In this document: in pieces, positions 22,043 to 35,769 of the stretch
How positions within the stretch are numbered: the first letter of the stretch is position 1
How the letters are laid out: each line of letters starts with the position of its first letter
Source of the DNA: the human T2T-CHM13v2.0 reference genome, Homo sapiens
Reading direction: 5' to 3' (one strand)
DNA: 64,000 bases
NCBI RefSeq assembly: GCF_009914755.1
Contig: NC_060943.1
The notes under the pieces: generated by a model
Database searches by the model: none
Seen by the model: the letters and a program-made list of their open reading frames with translations, nothing else
What the model was told of the DNA's origin: nothing
Position numbers and translations under genes: made by a program

Positions 22043-22687
22043 CTGCACCTGCAGATGCTGCTGCTGCCGCCCTCCTGCGAGGCCGTGGCGCCACGTGGCT
22101 GGAGGAGGAGCTGCAGCTGCCCCGAGTGCTGCCGCGTGTGCAGCTCTCCAGTGCGGCTGCAGCGCCACCGCGCGTTGCTTTCGACGCCGGAGTCCTTCGC
22201 ATGCGCAGCCAGCGCCCGGGCCTCAAGTGCCCCAGGACCTGGCGCAGCCCGCGAACCCGCATCAGGCTTCCAGTGGGCCCCGTGGGCAGTGCCAGCCTTT
22301 CCCACCTCCGCATCTGGCAAAGCCTGGCCTTCGCTGCGCTTCGGTGTCGCCACATGCCTTCTGGAAATATCACACCTCCCCACCTGCGCATGCAGCCGTC
22401 TGGCCCTCTGTGGGCCTCGGTTCCCGCATGTGCCCCGTGGAAAGAACATACCTTCCCCAACTATCTGGCAGCGTCTGGCCTTCTCCGGGCCTCGGCCTCC
22501 CCATTTGCTGGGTGGAGAATCACGGCCCGGCCACATCGGAGCCAATGGCTGGTCTCTGGACCTCGGTCTCCACATTTGCTCAGCCGGCAGGAACATCCCT
22601 TCTCCCGCCCTCTACCTCGGTGGGTGGCCACGGCCGAGCAGGCAGCGACGGCCCAGTGGAAAGAGGACAAACCCTTGTGGGCCTTAG
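22043..22687 (+). pseudogene. degenerate ZNF580-like paralogue (acceptor plus MLLLPP start plus decayed C2H2 fingers; 210-codon open frame from ATG 22055)
   Basis: cag|ctgcacctgcagATGCTGCTGCTGCCGCC versus ZNF580 cag|ctgccactccagATGCTGCTGCTGCCGCC; SCPECCRVCSSPVRLQRHR versus SCPECARVFASPLRLQSHR. Confidence 0.8.
22296..22610 (+). repeat. degenerate ~75-bp tandem repeat, about 4 units
   Basis: Anchor ctgg(c/t)c at 22324, 22400, 22475 and 22549 (spacing 76/75/74), each followed by (c/t)tcgg...ca(c/t). Confidence 0.65.
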
Positions 22688-22699
22688 GGCGAAGACGTA

Positions 22700-23100
22700 A
22701 CTTTGCTTAGTCTCGGTTTATTGGCCGATCTCTTGTCAAGCGGCGGAATCGTTCCGTTCGGGAGGTGGGAGGGGAGCGGGGCCGCCGGGGGCGGGCGTCT
22801 TCAGTGGACCCCACGCCTCCGGTCCCCTCCCCGCAGGGCGCTCCGCAGAGGCGAGGGGTGGGAGCGCCGGCTCCAGGCGGCGGAACCTCCGCACTGGGCT
22901 CGCGCGCTTCCGGCCGGCGCCTTTTCCCAGGGACTCCGCCAACCCCTCGCACCCCCGCGCCCCCAGTCCCCGCGTCCCCGGCGCCGCCGGCCCGGAGCTG
23001 CCCGGAAGTCTCGGTTCCGCCGCCGGCGCTCGCCAGGGGAAGCCCGGGGCCGCCCGGGACCTCGGCCCGTTCCTCCGGACCCGAGAGGCCGCCGCACGGG
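22700..23100 (+). promoter_or_regulatory. ZNF580: ZNF580 CpG-island promoter and non-coding exon 1
   Basis: CpG island with ETS (cccggaagt, gcttccgg), GC boxes and reverse CCAAT; donor GGG|GTACGG after 23100. Confidence 0.75.
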
Positions 23101-24425
23101 GTACGGGGGCCGGGATGGAGGGAGGAGCCTGGCCCTGGGACGACGCCGGGGCCAGGCAGGCTGGGGGAGTGCGCTGGAGCCACCCGGGATGGGGGTGGGG
23201 GTCGGGAGCGGCAGGATCGGGCGGAGGGACGGGAGGGGAAGTCGAGGCGCCAGGGCTCCTTGGGGAAGTGAAGGCAATAGGAGGGGCCCCAGGGCCAGGG
23301 GACAGGCGGTGTGTAGCGGGATGGGGGCGAAAACGCCCGGGCGCTGGGGTTCCCATAAACAAGGGGAGCAGAGCAAAAGAACGGGCGGGGGACCACGCTG
23401 TGTGTAACAGGGAGAGGGATGGGGCTCCTGGAAGAGGTGAACACGAGGAGAAAGAGAGATGCCAGACGTACACAGAAAGGAGGGGAAAGTGGGCTTGGGA
23501 GAGGTGCTGTGGGAAGCGGAGTCCCGGAGCCTGGTGTGCATAACGGGGTTTGGGAGAAGGCCCCTGATGGGTACAGAAAGAAGTAACGATGTCACCGCCA
23601 TATATGGGGGGCGAGAGAAAAGGGGGCCTTTGGGGAGAATGTAGCAGGTAGCCAGGTTGGGGGGGCGGGGTATACAGAAGGAAGGCATTTGAGCCATTTT
23701 GGGGTGTATAGATGTAGTAAGACGATGGGTTCCGTAGTGGGGAGAGGTGACTAGACTTCGAGGTGCTAAGTGTAGGAACAGGATGGAAAAGCCCTAGTGA
23801 AATGTGGGGAATTGGGTTAGTGGGGCTCTGGGGAGGTACCTAGAGAGGAAGTGAGGGAGGCCACGGAATATGAAGATGGGGAGGCCCTGCGGCATGTAGT
23901 GGGGACGGAGGGCCAGGAGGCCGATACGGGGGCCGGTGGGGGGGTAGGGGGCGGCAAAGGGAGGGGAAGTAAACTGAACTGGGGCTGGGCAACAGGAAAA
24001 AAGAAGAAACCACAGATTAGAGAAATCTCGGCGGTCAGGAGGCCCGGGGTCTAAGATGTAAAGAGGTAAACAGATTTAGGGATTGATTGTCTGCTGGGGT
24101 GGGTTGAGAGGAGAAAAGGGAAGAAAAGTCGGGGGACTACGTCCTCAGACCTGACCTGAGTGGTGAGAGGTGGACCCAGGAGGAGTGGCAGGTGGTGGCG
24201 GGGTTTTGCAGAGCTCAGTTGGAGGCCCTCTCCGAGGCAGCTTGATGGAACGTGGGAGAGCCGGGCTGGAGTCACAGTTTTTATTTTGCTAGGGAGGTAG
24301 TCAGTGGCGCACAAAGGGTAACAAGCAGTGATAGTGGGGATGCTTTCCATTTTAGGAAACTTTTCCTAAAAGGAAGTGGCAATTTTAACTAATCTCCCCT
24401 CCGCCGCTCCCAGCTGCCACTCCAG

Positions 24426-24944
24426 ATGCTGCTGCTGCCGCCGCGGCCACCCCACCCTCGGTCCTCCTCTCCGGAGGCCATGGACCCACCGCCCCCCAAG
24501 GCTCCCCCTTTCCCCAAGGCGGAAGGCCCCTCCTCCACTCCTTCCTCGGCGGCGGGGCCCCGACCCCCGCGGCTGGGCCGCCACCTCCTCATCGACGCCA
24601 ATGGGGTCCCCTACACATACACGGTGCAGCTGGAGGAGGAGCCCCGGGGCCCGCCCCAGCGCGAGGCGCCCCCAGGAGAGCCCGGCCCTCGCAAGGGCTA
24701 CAGCTGCCCGGAGTGCGCCCGTGTCTTTGCCAGCCCTCTGCGGCTGCAGAGCCACCGCGTGTCGCACTCGGACCTCAAGCCCTTCACGTGCGGCGCCTGC
24801 GGCAAGGCCTTCAAGCGCTCCAGCCACCTGTCGCGGCATCGCGCCACGCACCGCGCCCGCGCCGGGCCGCCGCACACCTGCCCGCTCTGCCCACGCCGCT
24901 TCCAGGACGCCGCGGAGCTGGCGCAGCACGTGCGCCTCCACTAA
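24426..24944 (+). CDS. ZNF580: zinc finger protein 580 (Pro-rich N-terminus, three C2H2 fingers), 172 aa
   Basis: Single-exon ORF MLLLPPRPPH...HVRLH; acceptor at 24413 with branch-like actaat at 24388. Confidence 0.95.
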   Translation: MLLLPPRPPHPRSSSPEAMDPPPPKAPPFPKAEGPSSTPSSAAGPRPPRLGRHLLIDANGVPYTYTVQLEEEPRGPPQREAPPGEPGPRKGYSCPECARVFASPLRLQSHRVSHSDLKPFTCGACGKAFKRSSHLSRHRATHRARAGPPHTCPLCPRRFQDAAELAQHVRLH

Positions 24945-25364
24945 GCTCGAGACCCGGCCTGTGCTGCCCTGCCCGTCTCAGGGCCACCAAGTCTGACCCA
25001 CACAGCGTCACTCACTCCCACACACACCCCCTGGCTCTGCTGAGGTTACTGCCTTACCCTGGGCCTCAGCCCCACCTTCCAAAGGGAGGAGCATCATTCC
25101 TTCCTTACCCCCTTTCTAGCTGTGTGATGTAGACCAAAGTCGTTGCCCCTCCCTGGGCCTGGGAACCAGTCGGAACTGGGTTCCAGTCCAGCTGTGCTGT
25201 GTGAGCCTGTGCAAGTGACATGACCTCTCTAAACCTTGGTTTTCTGCTCTCTGGAGCGGTGAACCGGTGGTTGTCTGCGGGGAAGAGATGATAAAGAGCA
25301 CGGGCACGGTCTGGTTCATTTCTGTATCTACCCCCCTTCCGCCCACGCCCCCGACCCTTTGCTC

Positions 25365-25370
25365 AATAAA
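25365..25370 (+). terminator. ZNF580: polyadenylation signal of ZNF580
   Basis: AATAAA about 420 nt after the stop, followed by a U/GU-rich element. Confidence 0.8.
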
Positions 25371-25479
25371 CATTCCGCACTCCATTTTCAGGCTCTTCCT
25401 TGCGTGTGCGTGCACGTTGGGTGCTGGGGGGGTGGAGACCGGATCTTCCTCGCTTGGGTACTTTCCTCTCGGTGTGTGT

Positions 25480-25689
25480 TTCTGGCCGGAGCCGTTTCGC
25501 GACGGCCCGGGCGCCCCGCCCCAACCTTCCTTCCCTAGACCCTCTTCTCTCCCTTCGGCTTCTCTCTTTCGGCCGGCGCCGCCAGTTCCTGGGGCACACC
25601 CAGAGGTCCCCTTCTCGCCGCCGCCTGCAACTGCGAGGGTAGCCCGGGGCCGCTTGGAGTCGCCCGGACCTGAGAGGCTGCTGCACTGG
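25480..25689 (+). promoter_or_regulatory. ZNF581: ZNF581 promoter and non-coding exon 1
   Basis: CpG island; donor TGG|GTACGG after 25689, homologous to the ZNF580 exon-1 donor region. Confidence 0.7.
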
Positions 25690-26486
25690 GTACGGGGGCC
25701 GGGAGGAGGAAGGGGGCTGGGGGCGGGCGGCGGGAGGGGCTGGACCGCGTGGAGGGTACCTGGGCCGGGGCGGGAGTGGGGCAGGCGCCGGAGGGGGCTG
25801 TTCTGGAGCTTGGAGGGGGCGAGAACTTACACAGAAAGGCCCAGAAAGCGAGGGCTGCGGCCCCGGGGGTGGAACCCCGGAGAGCGCTGGGACCTAGAAC
25901 GAGCCTGGTGGAGGCCGGGCGAGGACTAGAGAGAACCTGAGGTGGGTGGACGGGTGGGAGCACGGAGTTGTTCAGACACGTGGCTGGAGAGAGGGCCGGA
26001 ACCTGGGGGTCCTAACGTCGGAGCCCCTGTGAATAGGCTTGGCTTGTATGGAGGGGGTCAGGAAAGGCTTGAGTATGTAGCATAGGCCAACACGCAGACC
26101 CTGGAAAGGGCTAGAAGGAGGGGAGGGAGAGGCCTGGAGGCCTGCGGGGTGGGGCACCCAGTGACCTGGGAGGGCACAAAGAGGAAGGTTAGAGCGAGGT
26201 CCAGGTTGTGCAGAGGAGGTCAAGAGATCCTGTGAGTACAGTGTATGGTGGAGCACCGAGGCTAGGAGAGGTTTTCCAAGGAGGAAGACCCTGGGGACCT
26301 TTTAGGGGGCCACAGACTCCAGCTGTGAGCGGGACTGGAAAAGAGGGACTGAGGGGCAGCAGGATGCAGAGGTCCTGGGCCGGGTATAGGGAGGGAAAAG
26401 GATGGAGCCTGTGGTGCTGAGCTGCCCTCTTCTATATAACCTTCTTATCCCATCTCCCATCCACCAGGCCTCAGCCAGCCCTCCGG

Positions 26487-27080
26487 ATGCTGGTGCTGCC
26501 ATCCCCCTGCCCTCAGCCTCTGGCATTTTCCTCCGTTGAGACCATGGAGGGCCCTCCCCGTCGGACTTGCCGCTCCCCAGAACCTGGACCTTCCTCCTCC
26601 ATCGGATCTCCCCAGGCTTCATCTCCTCCAAGGCCCAACCACTACCTGCTTATTGACACTCAGGGTGTCCCCTACACAGTGCTGGTGGACGAGGAGTCAC
26701 AGAGGGAGCCAGGGGCCAGTGGGGCTCCAGGCCAGAAAAAGTGCTACAGCTGCCCCGTGTGCTCAAGGGTCTTCGAGTACATGTCCTACCTTCAGCGACA
26801 CAGCATCACCCACTCGGAGGTAAAGCCCTTCGAGTGTGACATCTGTGGGAAGGCATTCAAGCGCGCCAGCCACTTGGCACGGCACCATTCCATTCACCTG
26901 GCGGGTGGTGGGCGGCCCCACGGCTGCCCGCTCTGCCCTCGCCGCTTCCGGGATGCGGGTGAGCTGGCCCAGCACAGCCGGGTGCACTCTGGGGAACGCC
27001 CGTTTCAGTGTCCACACTGCCCTCGCCGCTTTATGGAGCAGAACACACTGCAGAAACACACGCGGTGGAAGCATCCATGA
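26487..27080 (+). CDS. ZNF581: zinc finger protein 581 (four C2H2 fingers), 197 aa
   Basis: [13 protein letters not shown]...TRWKHP; acceptor ccaccag| at 26467; clear paralogue of ZNF580. Confidence 0.95.
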   Translation: MLVLPSPCPQPLAFSSVETMEGPPRRTCRSPEPGPSSSIGSPQASSPPRPNHYLLIDTQGVPYTVLVDEESQREPGASGAPGQKKCYSCPVCSRVFEYMSYLQRHSITHSEVKPFECDICGKAFKRASHLARHHSIHLAGGGRPHGCPLCPRRFRDAGELAQHSRVHSGERPFQCPHCPRRFMEQNTLQKHTRWKHP

Positions 27081-27515
27081 GCCGGGCTGCCGGGTGCCCC
27101 AGGTACCACAGGACTTTGCAGGGAGCCTGGACTCCTGTCCAGACACCTGGTGAGAGCCTGAGGCTGGTGTTCAGGGCCCTGGACACAGACACAGAGCAGC
27201 CGCATCTCAAAGGCAGAGCCCTGCCTGAAGGAGGAATCCGTGAGTAATCTTCAGGTCCTCCGTGTTCTGGAGCTGAGATGGGAATGAGCCCCTACACAGA
27301 ATGGAGTCCTCTAGCCTAAAGATATCAGCTGTTCCATGGCAGAGCCTTGACTGGATGGAGGTGGGGAGTGTGGTGTGTAAAGTCTCTGGCCTCATAAAAG
27401 GTGGCTGTGGGTCGTCAGGAATCTGCGCCATCTTCCTGGGGCTTCTGCGCTGTTGTTGGGGAAGGGACCCCAGTCCTGCCTTCCACCCCCCAACCAGGCC
27501 TGAGACTGATCAAAC

Positions 27516-27521
27516 AATAAA
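27516..27521 (+). terminator. ZNF581: polyadenylation signal of ZNF581
   Basis: AATAAA about 435 nt after the stop, downstream gtttgttttt. Confidence 0.8.
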
Positions 27522-27789
27522 CACGTTTCCCACTCTGAGCACTCGAGGTTTGTTTTTAGAGACAGCATCTCAGACCCTCTTTGGTGGCCGTCTAGCAGGG
27601 AGACCTCAGCTTGCCTGGCTGGGGAATGGGAAGGTTGGCCTGCCTTGGGGTTATCCCCTCCTCAGCTCCTGAAGACCTGGGTCATCTGGGAAGAATGTTT
27701 TTAACTGAAACAATTTTAAAACCACAATCTCCTGTTACAAACACATTTTATATGGCAATAGAGTATACAGATAAGCAAAATACACGTGA

Positions 27790-28915
<1,126 letters not shown>

Positions 28916-29899
28916 AAACTGCTGATTTCATCCTATTCTATTGAATTCTCCACCCATGAACCTGTAGTTTGGAAAAGACCAATCTAGGGCAGATGGCTCC
29001 CCCTGGAATTTTTGGACCAGGCTGCAGTTAATCTGTAAAGTGGGGAGGGGAGGATCATGGTCACAGCTTTGCAGGCGGTGCAGACATTTAGATTCTCCCT
29101 CCATCGGGTTAAGACCTTGCTCTTATAAGGGCTGGCCACAGTCCAGAGCTTGGATGCTTCTGGTGAACAGGAGAGGCAGGTGGAGCTGAGCCTGAAGCTT
29201 AATAAACATCTGCTTATTCATTCATTTTTCTTGCCTATTTTGTGCCAGGCACTGTGCTAGGCCTCATTTGCTCTTCCGACCTCTTTTTTTGGGAGGAAGA
29301 ACAAATCTTCCGTTCATACTCCCCAGAGTGGGAAAGAGCCTCCCAGAGGCTGCCATCATACCCCACCATCTGACCTCAAATAATACCAGCAGCGCTCCTC
29401 TCTTCAGCCCTGACGATGGCCAGGTGCTGGGCTGAGCTTCTGTGTGTCGCATCACTGCATCCTCACAATAAATTTAGAAGGGCTTGTAATTTCCCCATTT
29501 TGCAGGTGAGTTAACAGGCTGGGGAGGAGCAGGAACAGTCAGGACTGGAATCTAGCTTTGCTCCAAAGCCAGCTCTTAATTACCAACATGGGGATGGGGG
29601 TGGCGTGTTCCTGGCCCTCATTTTCCGGGAGAGGGGTAACTCCCCCGATTTTGGCCCCCACATCCCTGAGAACCTTGGGGTCTGGCTGTAGGAGGTAGGG
29701 GAGCTCTGAGGGGTCCGCGCTGGCTAGTTCCTGAGAGAGCGTTAAAAGTAGATTCTCCTTTCGCTCCAACTTTCTCGGTGTCTCAAACACTCTCCTGCCT
29801 TCTGGGCCCATTGGGCACACCGCCACCCAATCCGGGGACCCCCGGAGACTCGCCAGCTCTCCAGGATGGGAATTTCGTGATGTTCCCTGCCTGAGCTTC

Positions 29900-30530
29900 G
29901 GGGAGGGCGGGGGAGTGCTGTAAGGGGCTATCGCGCAAGTGCAGACCCTCTGCTTCTGCCGCAAACGGCGGGCCTCACCTGGACCCGGGGACTCTTCAAC
30001 GAGGGGCGCTAGCCTGGCCCGACTGGGCGAGTCCCCGCGTCCCTGCCCGTTCCGTCGCTCAGTTCCACGACACGCTCCCCTGCCGCCCCGCCTGTTCGCG
30101 GGTGGGTGGGCGCTTCCCTCGGCTCCCCGTGACACTTTGCAGACGCTCCCCGGCGCCGGGCATGGGCGCCGCCGCCGTCGGTCCCCGAGCCGGATTCCGC
30201 GAGCGGGTGGGTGAGCGCGGGGGGCCTCGGCCCCTCGGACCCCGGGCACCCGCGGGCGGGGGATGGTGGCCGCGTTTGCACCCCCGCCCTAGTGCATGTT
30301 CCCGCTGGAATCGTTCCACGACCGCTCCCCCTCCCACCCGCGGGACAAAGGGCGGGGGCGGGGGGGGGCGCACCCCCACGCGTGACCTTTCCCCGTACTG
30401 CGCACGCGCCCAGCCCCCACCACCGGGGGACGGTCCGCCCGCCCACGCGAGTGCGGGGGAGGGGTGTGGGGGCCCCGAAGGTAGAGGAGGCAGCGCGCAC
30501 GGGCTGGACCTCCTCCTACCCTGGGAAGTT
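29900..30530 (+). promoter_or_regulatory. CCDC106: CCDC106 CpG-island promoter and non-coding first exon
   Basis: Dense CpG, GC boxes; donor-like TGG|GTGAGC at 30211; next acceptor cccccag| at 30875. Confidence 0.7.
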
Positions 30531-30683
30531 GGGGCAGTTTCCCCCTGCACCTGCCTCTTCCTTAGGCCTGGCAGTGGCCCGCGATGAGAGAGGGTCCTTC
30601 CCCTTCAGGCTAGGTGTCCCTGGTCAGGCGACCCCTTGGGGCACCCAGCAATTTAGGGCTTCAGCTTCCTTTTCCTTCGATAC

Positions 30684-30840
30684 CCAGGAGCCCACGTCCC
30701 CAGCTCACTTCTCCCCCAGGACCTAGGCGGCTGGGCCCCCTGCCCCTGACTCCAGGAGCCCAGGAGTTTGAAGCCCAGGCGCGTTTTGCCTCAGTCCTGG
30801 GGTCCAGGCTCCCTCCTCCCTCAGACCAGGGGTCCAGGCC
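30684..30840 (+). repeat. degenerate MSR1-like (19q13) minisatellite units
   Basis: ctccctcctccctcagaccaggggtccaggc matches the MSR1 unit CCCTCCTCCCTCAGACCCAGGAGTCCAGGC. Confidence 0.55.
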
Positions 30841-30976
30841 AGAAGGTCCCTCCTGTCTCACTTCACCTCCCCCAGGATGGACCCTCCAGTCCATCTGCGT
30901 CTCTCCATTTGTGGCTGCCGTTTCTGTCCAGTGCCCCTGAGGCCCTCGGCTGCTGGGGTCCGCAGGAAGCCGCGCC

Positions 30977-31289
<313 letters not shown>

Positions 31290-31306
31290 TGAGTCCCAGG
31301 GTGTGA

Positions 31307-31531
<225 letters not shown>

Positions 31532-32629
31532 TGATCCACATGCCTCCCTGTCCCGCTACTGGGTACCCGCTCACCCAGACTCAAGGCTCCACTGTTTGGC
31601 TGGCTGGGTGGGACCTGCCATGTTGGCCCTATCTGCTAGTCCCCTGCCTGTTTTGGGCCCCCAGGCCCAGCTGCCTCCTCACTTGATTCCAGGGCCTCAT
31701 CCCCATGAACTGTCTACTGGGGCCCGTCCTCCTGCCTTCTCCGTCAGCTCCCCAAATCCCATCAGCCTCCAGTGCCCTGCCATCTGCTTCCTTGGCCCAT
31801 GGTGACTTCAGGGACCCTGGCACCTGAGAGCCCCTCTCTTCTGACTCCTAGGGGGACCTTCCTTCATCTCTTTGGCCAAGAGGCCCACCCTAGTTCTTTG
31901 GGTTTCCTCAGGGGGCCCCTGCTCCTCCTCCCGTCCCTGTCTTCTCCAAGATCCAAGAGTCCAGCCATCCGGCCTCCTCCTGTCCCCCCCTCCCCTCTGT
32001 GACACCAGGGGCCATCTTCCCACCCACCCTGTCCCATCCTTGGTTAATGAGCACTCCTTCCCCATCAAAGACATTAAGTCCCTTCCTTTGTGGGCCTTTT
32101 TGGGTGGTGACCCCAGCAGGTGCTGTCCCTCAAACCCTGCCTGATTCCTGGGCAGTCCCCACCCACATACCTTGCTCTGCTATAATTCATGGCCAGAAGC
32201 AGCCCAGATAGCTCCCACAGCAGCACCCAGCCCCAGCCAGTTCACAGCTAGCGTCTTCTCTTGACTGGTGGGACCCTGTGCCCTGTTTAATACATTTTGG
32301 ACCCCAGCCCCATCCTCTTCCCCGGATGGTCAGGCCGTTTGCCCGACAGCCCATGGCCTGGAGAACCCACACTCTACCCCACCTACCCTCATCTCAGCCT
32401 TGCTAGCTCCTTGGCTGGGAAGACCCCTCAAAAGCTCCCACATCTCTCTTTGTGAATTCAACCCTTTCCCCAAAAAACCTGGGCAAGGGGGCTATGGTCT
32501 TGTGGTGTCTCTGTTACTGGAAGCCCAGCATCTGGGGATCTGGCCTTCCCTCTGCTCGGGAACAAACCACCTCTGGCTGCCCTTGGGCCTGCCACTGTCT
32601 CCTCTCACTGATGGTTCCATCCTGGGTGA

Positions 32630-33451
<822 letters not shown>

Positions 33452-33584
33452 TGAGGGGCCCGGGCTGCTGAATTGCTGTGTGTCCTTCCCAGAGGTCCCC
33501 CTTTCTCTCCAAGCCCCTCCAGCCTTGCTGGAGAAAGACCCACCGGGTTCTGTCTCTCCCTCCTCCACGTGTGGTCCTGGGTTT

Positions 33585-33892
33585 ACTTTCTTTTTTTTTT
33601 TTGGCGGGGGGGACGTCTTGCCCCGTCGCCCAGGCTGGAGTGGTGCAGTGGCGCATTCTCACCTCACTGGAATCTCCGCCTCCCGGGTCCACGCCATTCT
33701 CCTGCCTCAGCCTCCCGAGTAGCTGGGACTACAGGCACCCGCCACCACGCCTGGCTAATTTTTTGTATTTTTAGTAGAGGCCAGGGTTTCACCGTGTTCG
33801 CCAGGATGGTCTGGATCTCCTGCCCTCGTGATCCACCTGCCTCGGCCTCCCAAAGTGCTGGGATTACAGGCGTGAGCCACCGCGCATGGCCT
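33585..33892 (-). mobile_element. Alu in the last CCDC106 intron
   Basis: Antisense Alu; TSD gtcctgggtttacttt. Confidence 0.88.
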
Positions 33893-34097
33893 GTCCTGGG
33901 TTTACTTTTATGTTTTGGTCCACCGTCGAGGGCAGGGCCACCTTGGGCACCTCCTTAACTTTCATCAGTAAGGAGGAGGTGCGCAGTAGGACCTACCTCA
34001 CGGGGAGGGTGAGACTTGAATAAGTGAATTCACCTGAGGCAGGGAGACGAGGGTGATGGCTCGGGGTGTCGGGGGGTGCTGGGACCGCGTGGGTTGA

Positions 34098-34673
<576 letters not shown>

Positions 34674-35083
34674 TCGCACCACGCCTCCGCGCCTCCACCC
34701 GGGCCTTCCTCCCCCGTGGACCCCGGTGGATGACCTGCCCCTCTCCCCGCCGCGCCCCTGCCCCTCCTCCTCGCTCCCTGGGTTGGGGGCTCCCTTAGCC
34801 GGGCCCCCAAGCGCGACGGCCCCGGACCGGCCGCGGCCCCTTCCCGAACGCCGGCACCCCCTTCCGCTTGGGCTGCCCAGCCCTGTCCTCGCCGGGCCCC
34901 TTCCTCCTGGAAAACCAGGCAGGCGGGTGCCCCCCCCCTCGAGTGGGGGACTGTACAGACCCCGTCTCCGCCCTGGCCCCGCGGAGGAGCTGCCCACCTG
35001 ATTCCCGGACAGACCTCCCCAACTCCGCGTGAGACAGAGAATTATTCAGATAATTTAAATTAAAAAACGACGTGAAAATTTGG

Positions 35084-35089
35084 AATAAA
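35084..35089 (+). terminator. CCDC106: polyadenylation signal of CCDC106
   Basis: AATAAA (plus ATTAAA at ~35059) in an AT-rich patch about 410 nt after the stop. Confidence 0.8.
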
Positions 35090-35311
35090 CTTGGCCTCAG
35101 CCTCTTCCTAGGAGGGGGACGTGCCTGGGAGGGGGCGGCCGTCGCCCCGAAGACGGTGACGGGGTTGCGGGGGCTTCCAAGGGGGTGGGTGGTCAGGCGG
35201 GAGGACGGGTAGGATACGGTGTAATTAGCCCCCCGGAGGCAGAGATGGAGAGTGAAGCAGCTGCGCCCCAGAAAACTCGGAGGCAGAGCTCGGGAAAAGA
35301 AGCGCGGACAC

Positions 35312-35754
<443 letters not shown>

Positions 35755-35769
35755 ACGCCAGATCATCTG

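Noticed and set aside
22703-23697. 230-300 aa Pro/Arg/Gly-rich ORFs on both strands
   Set aside because: CpG-island composition depletes stop codons; the same applies to 29.5-30.7, 35.9-37.4 and 57.5-58.4 kb.
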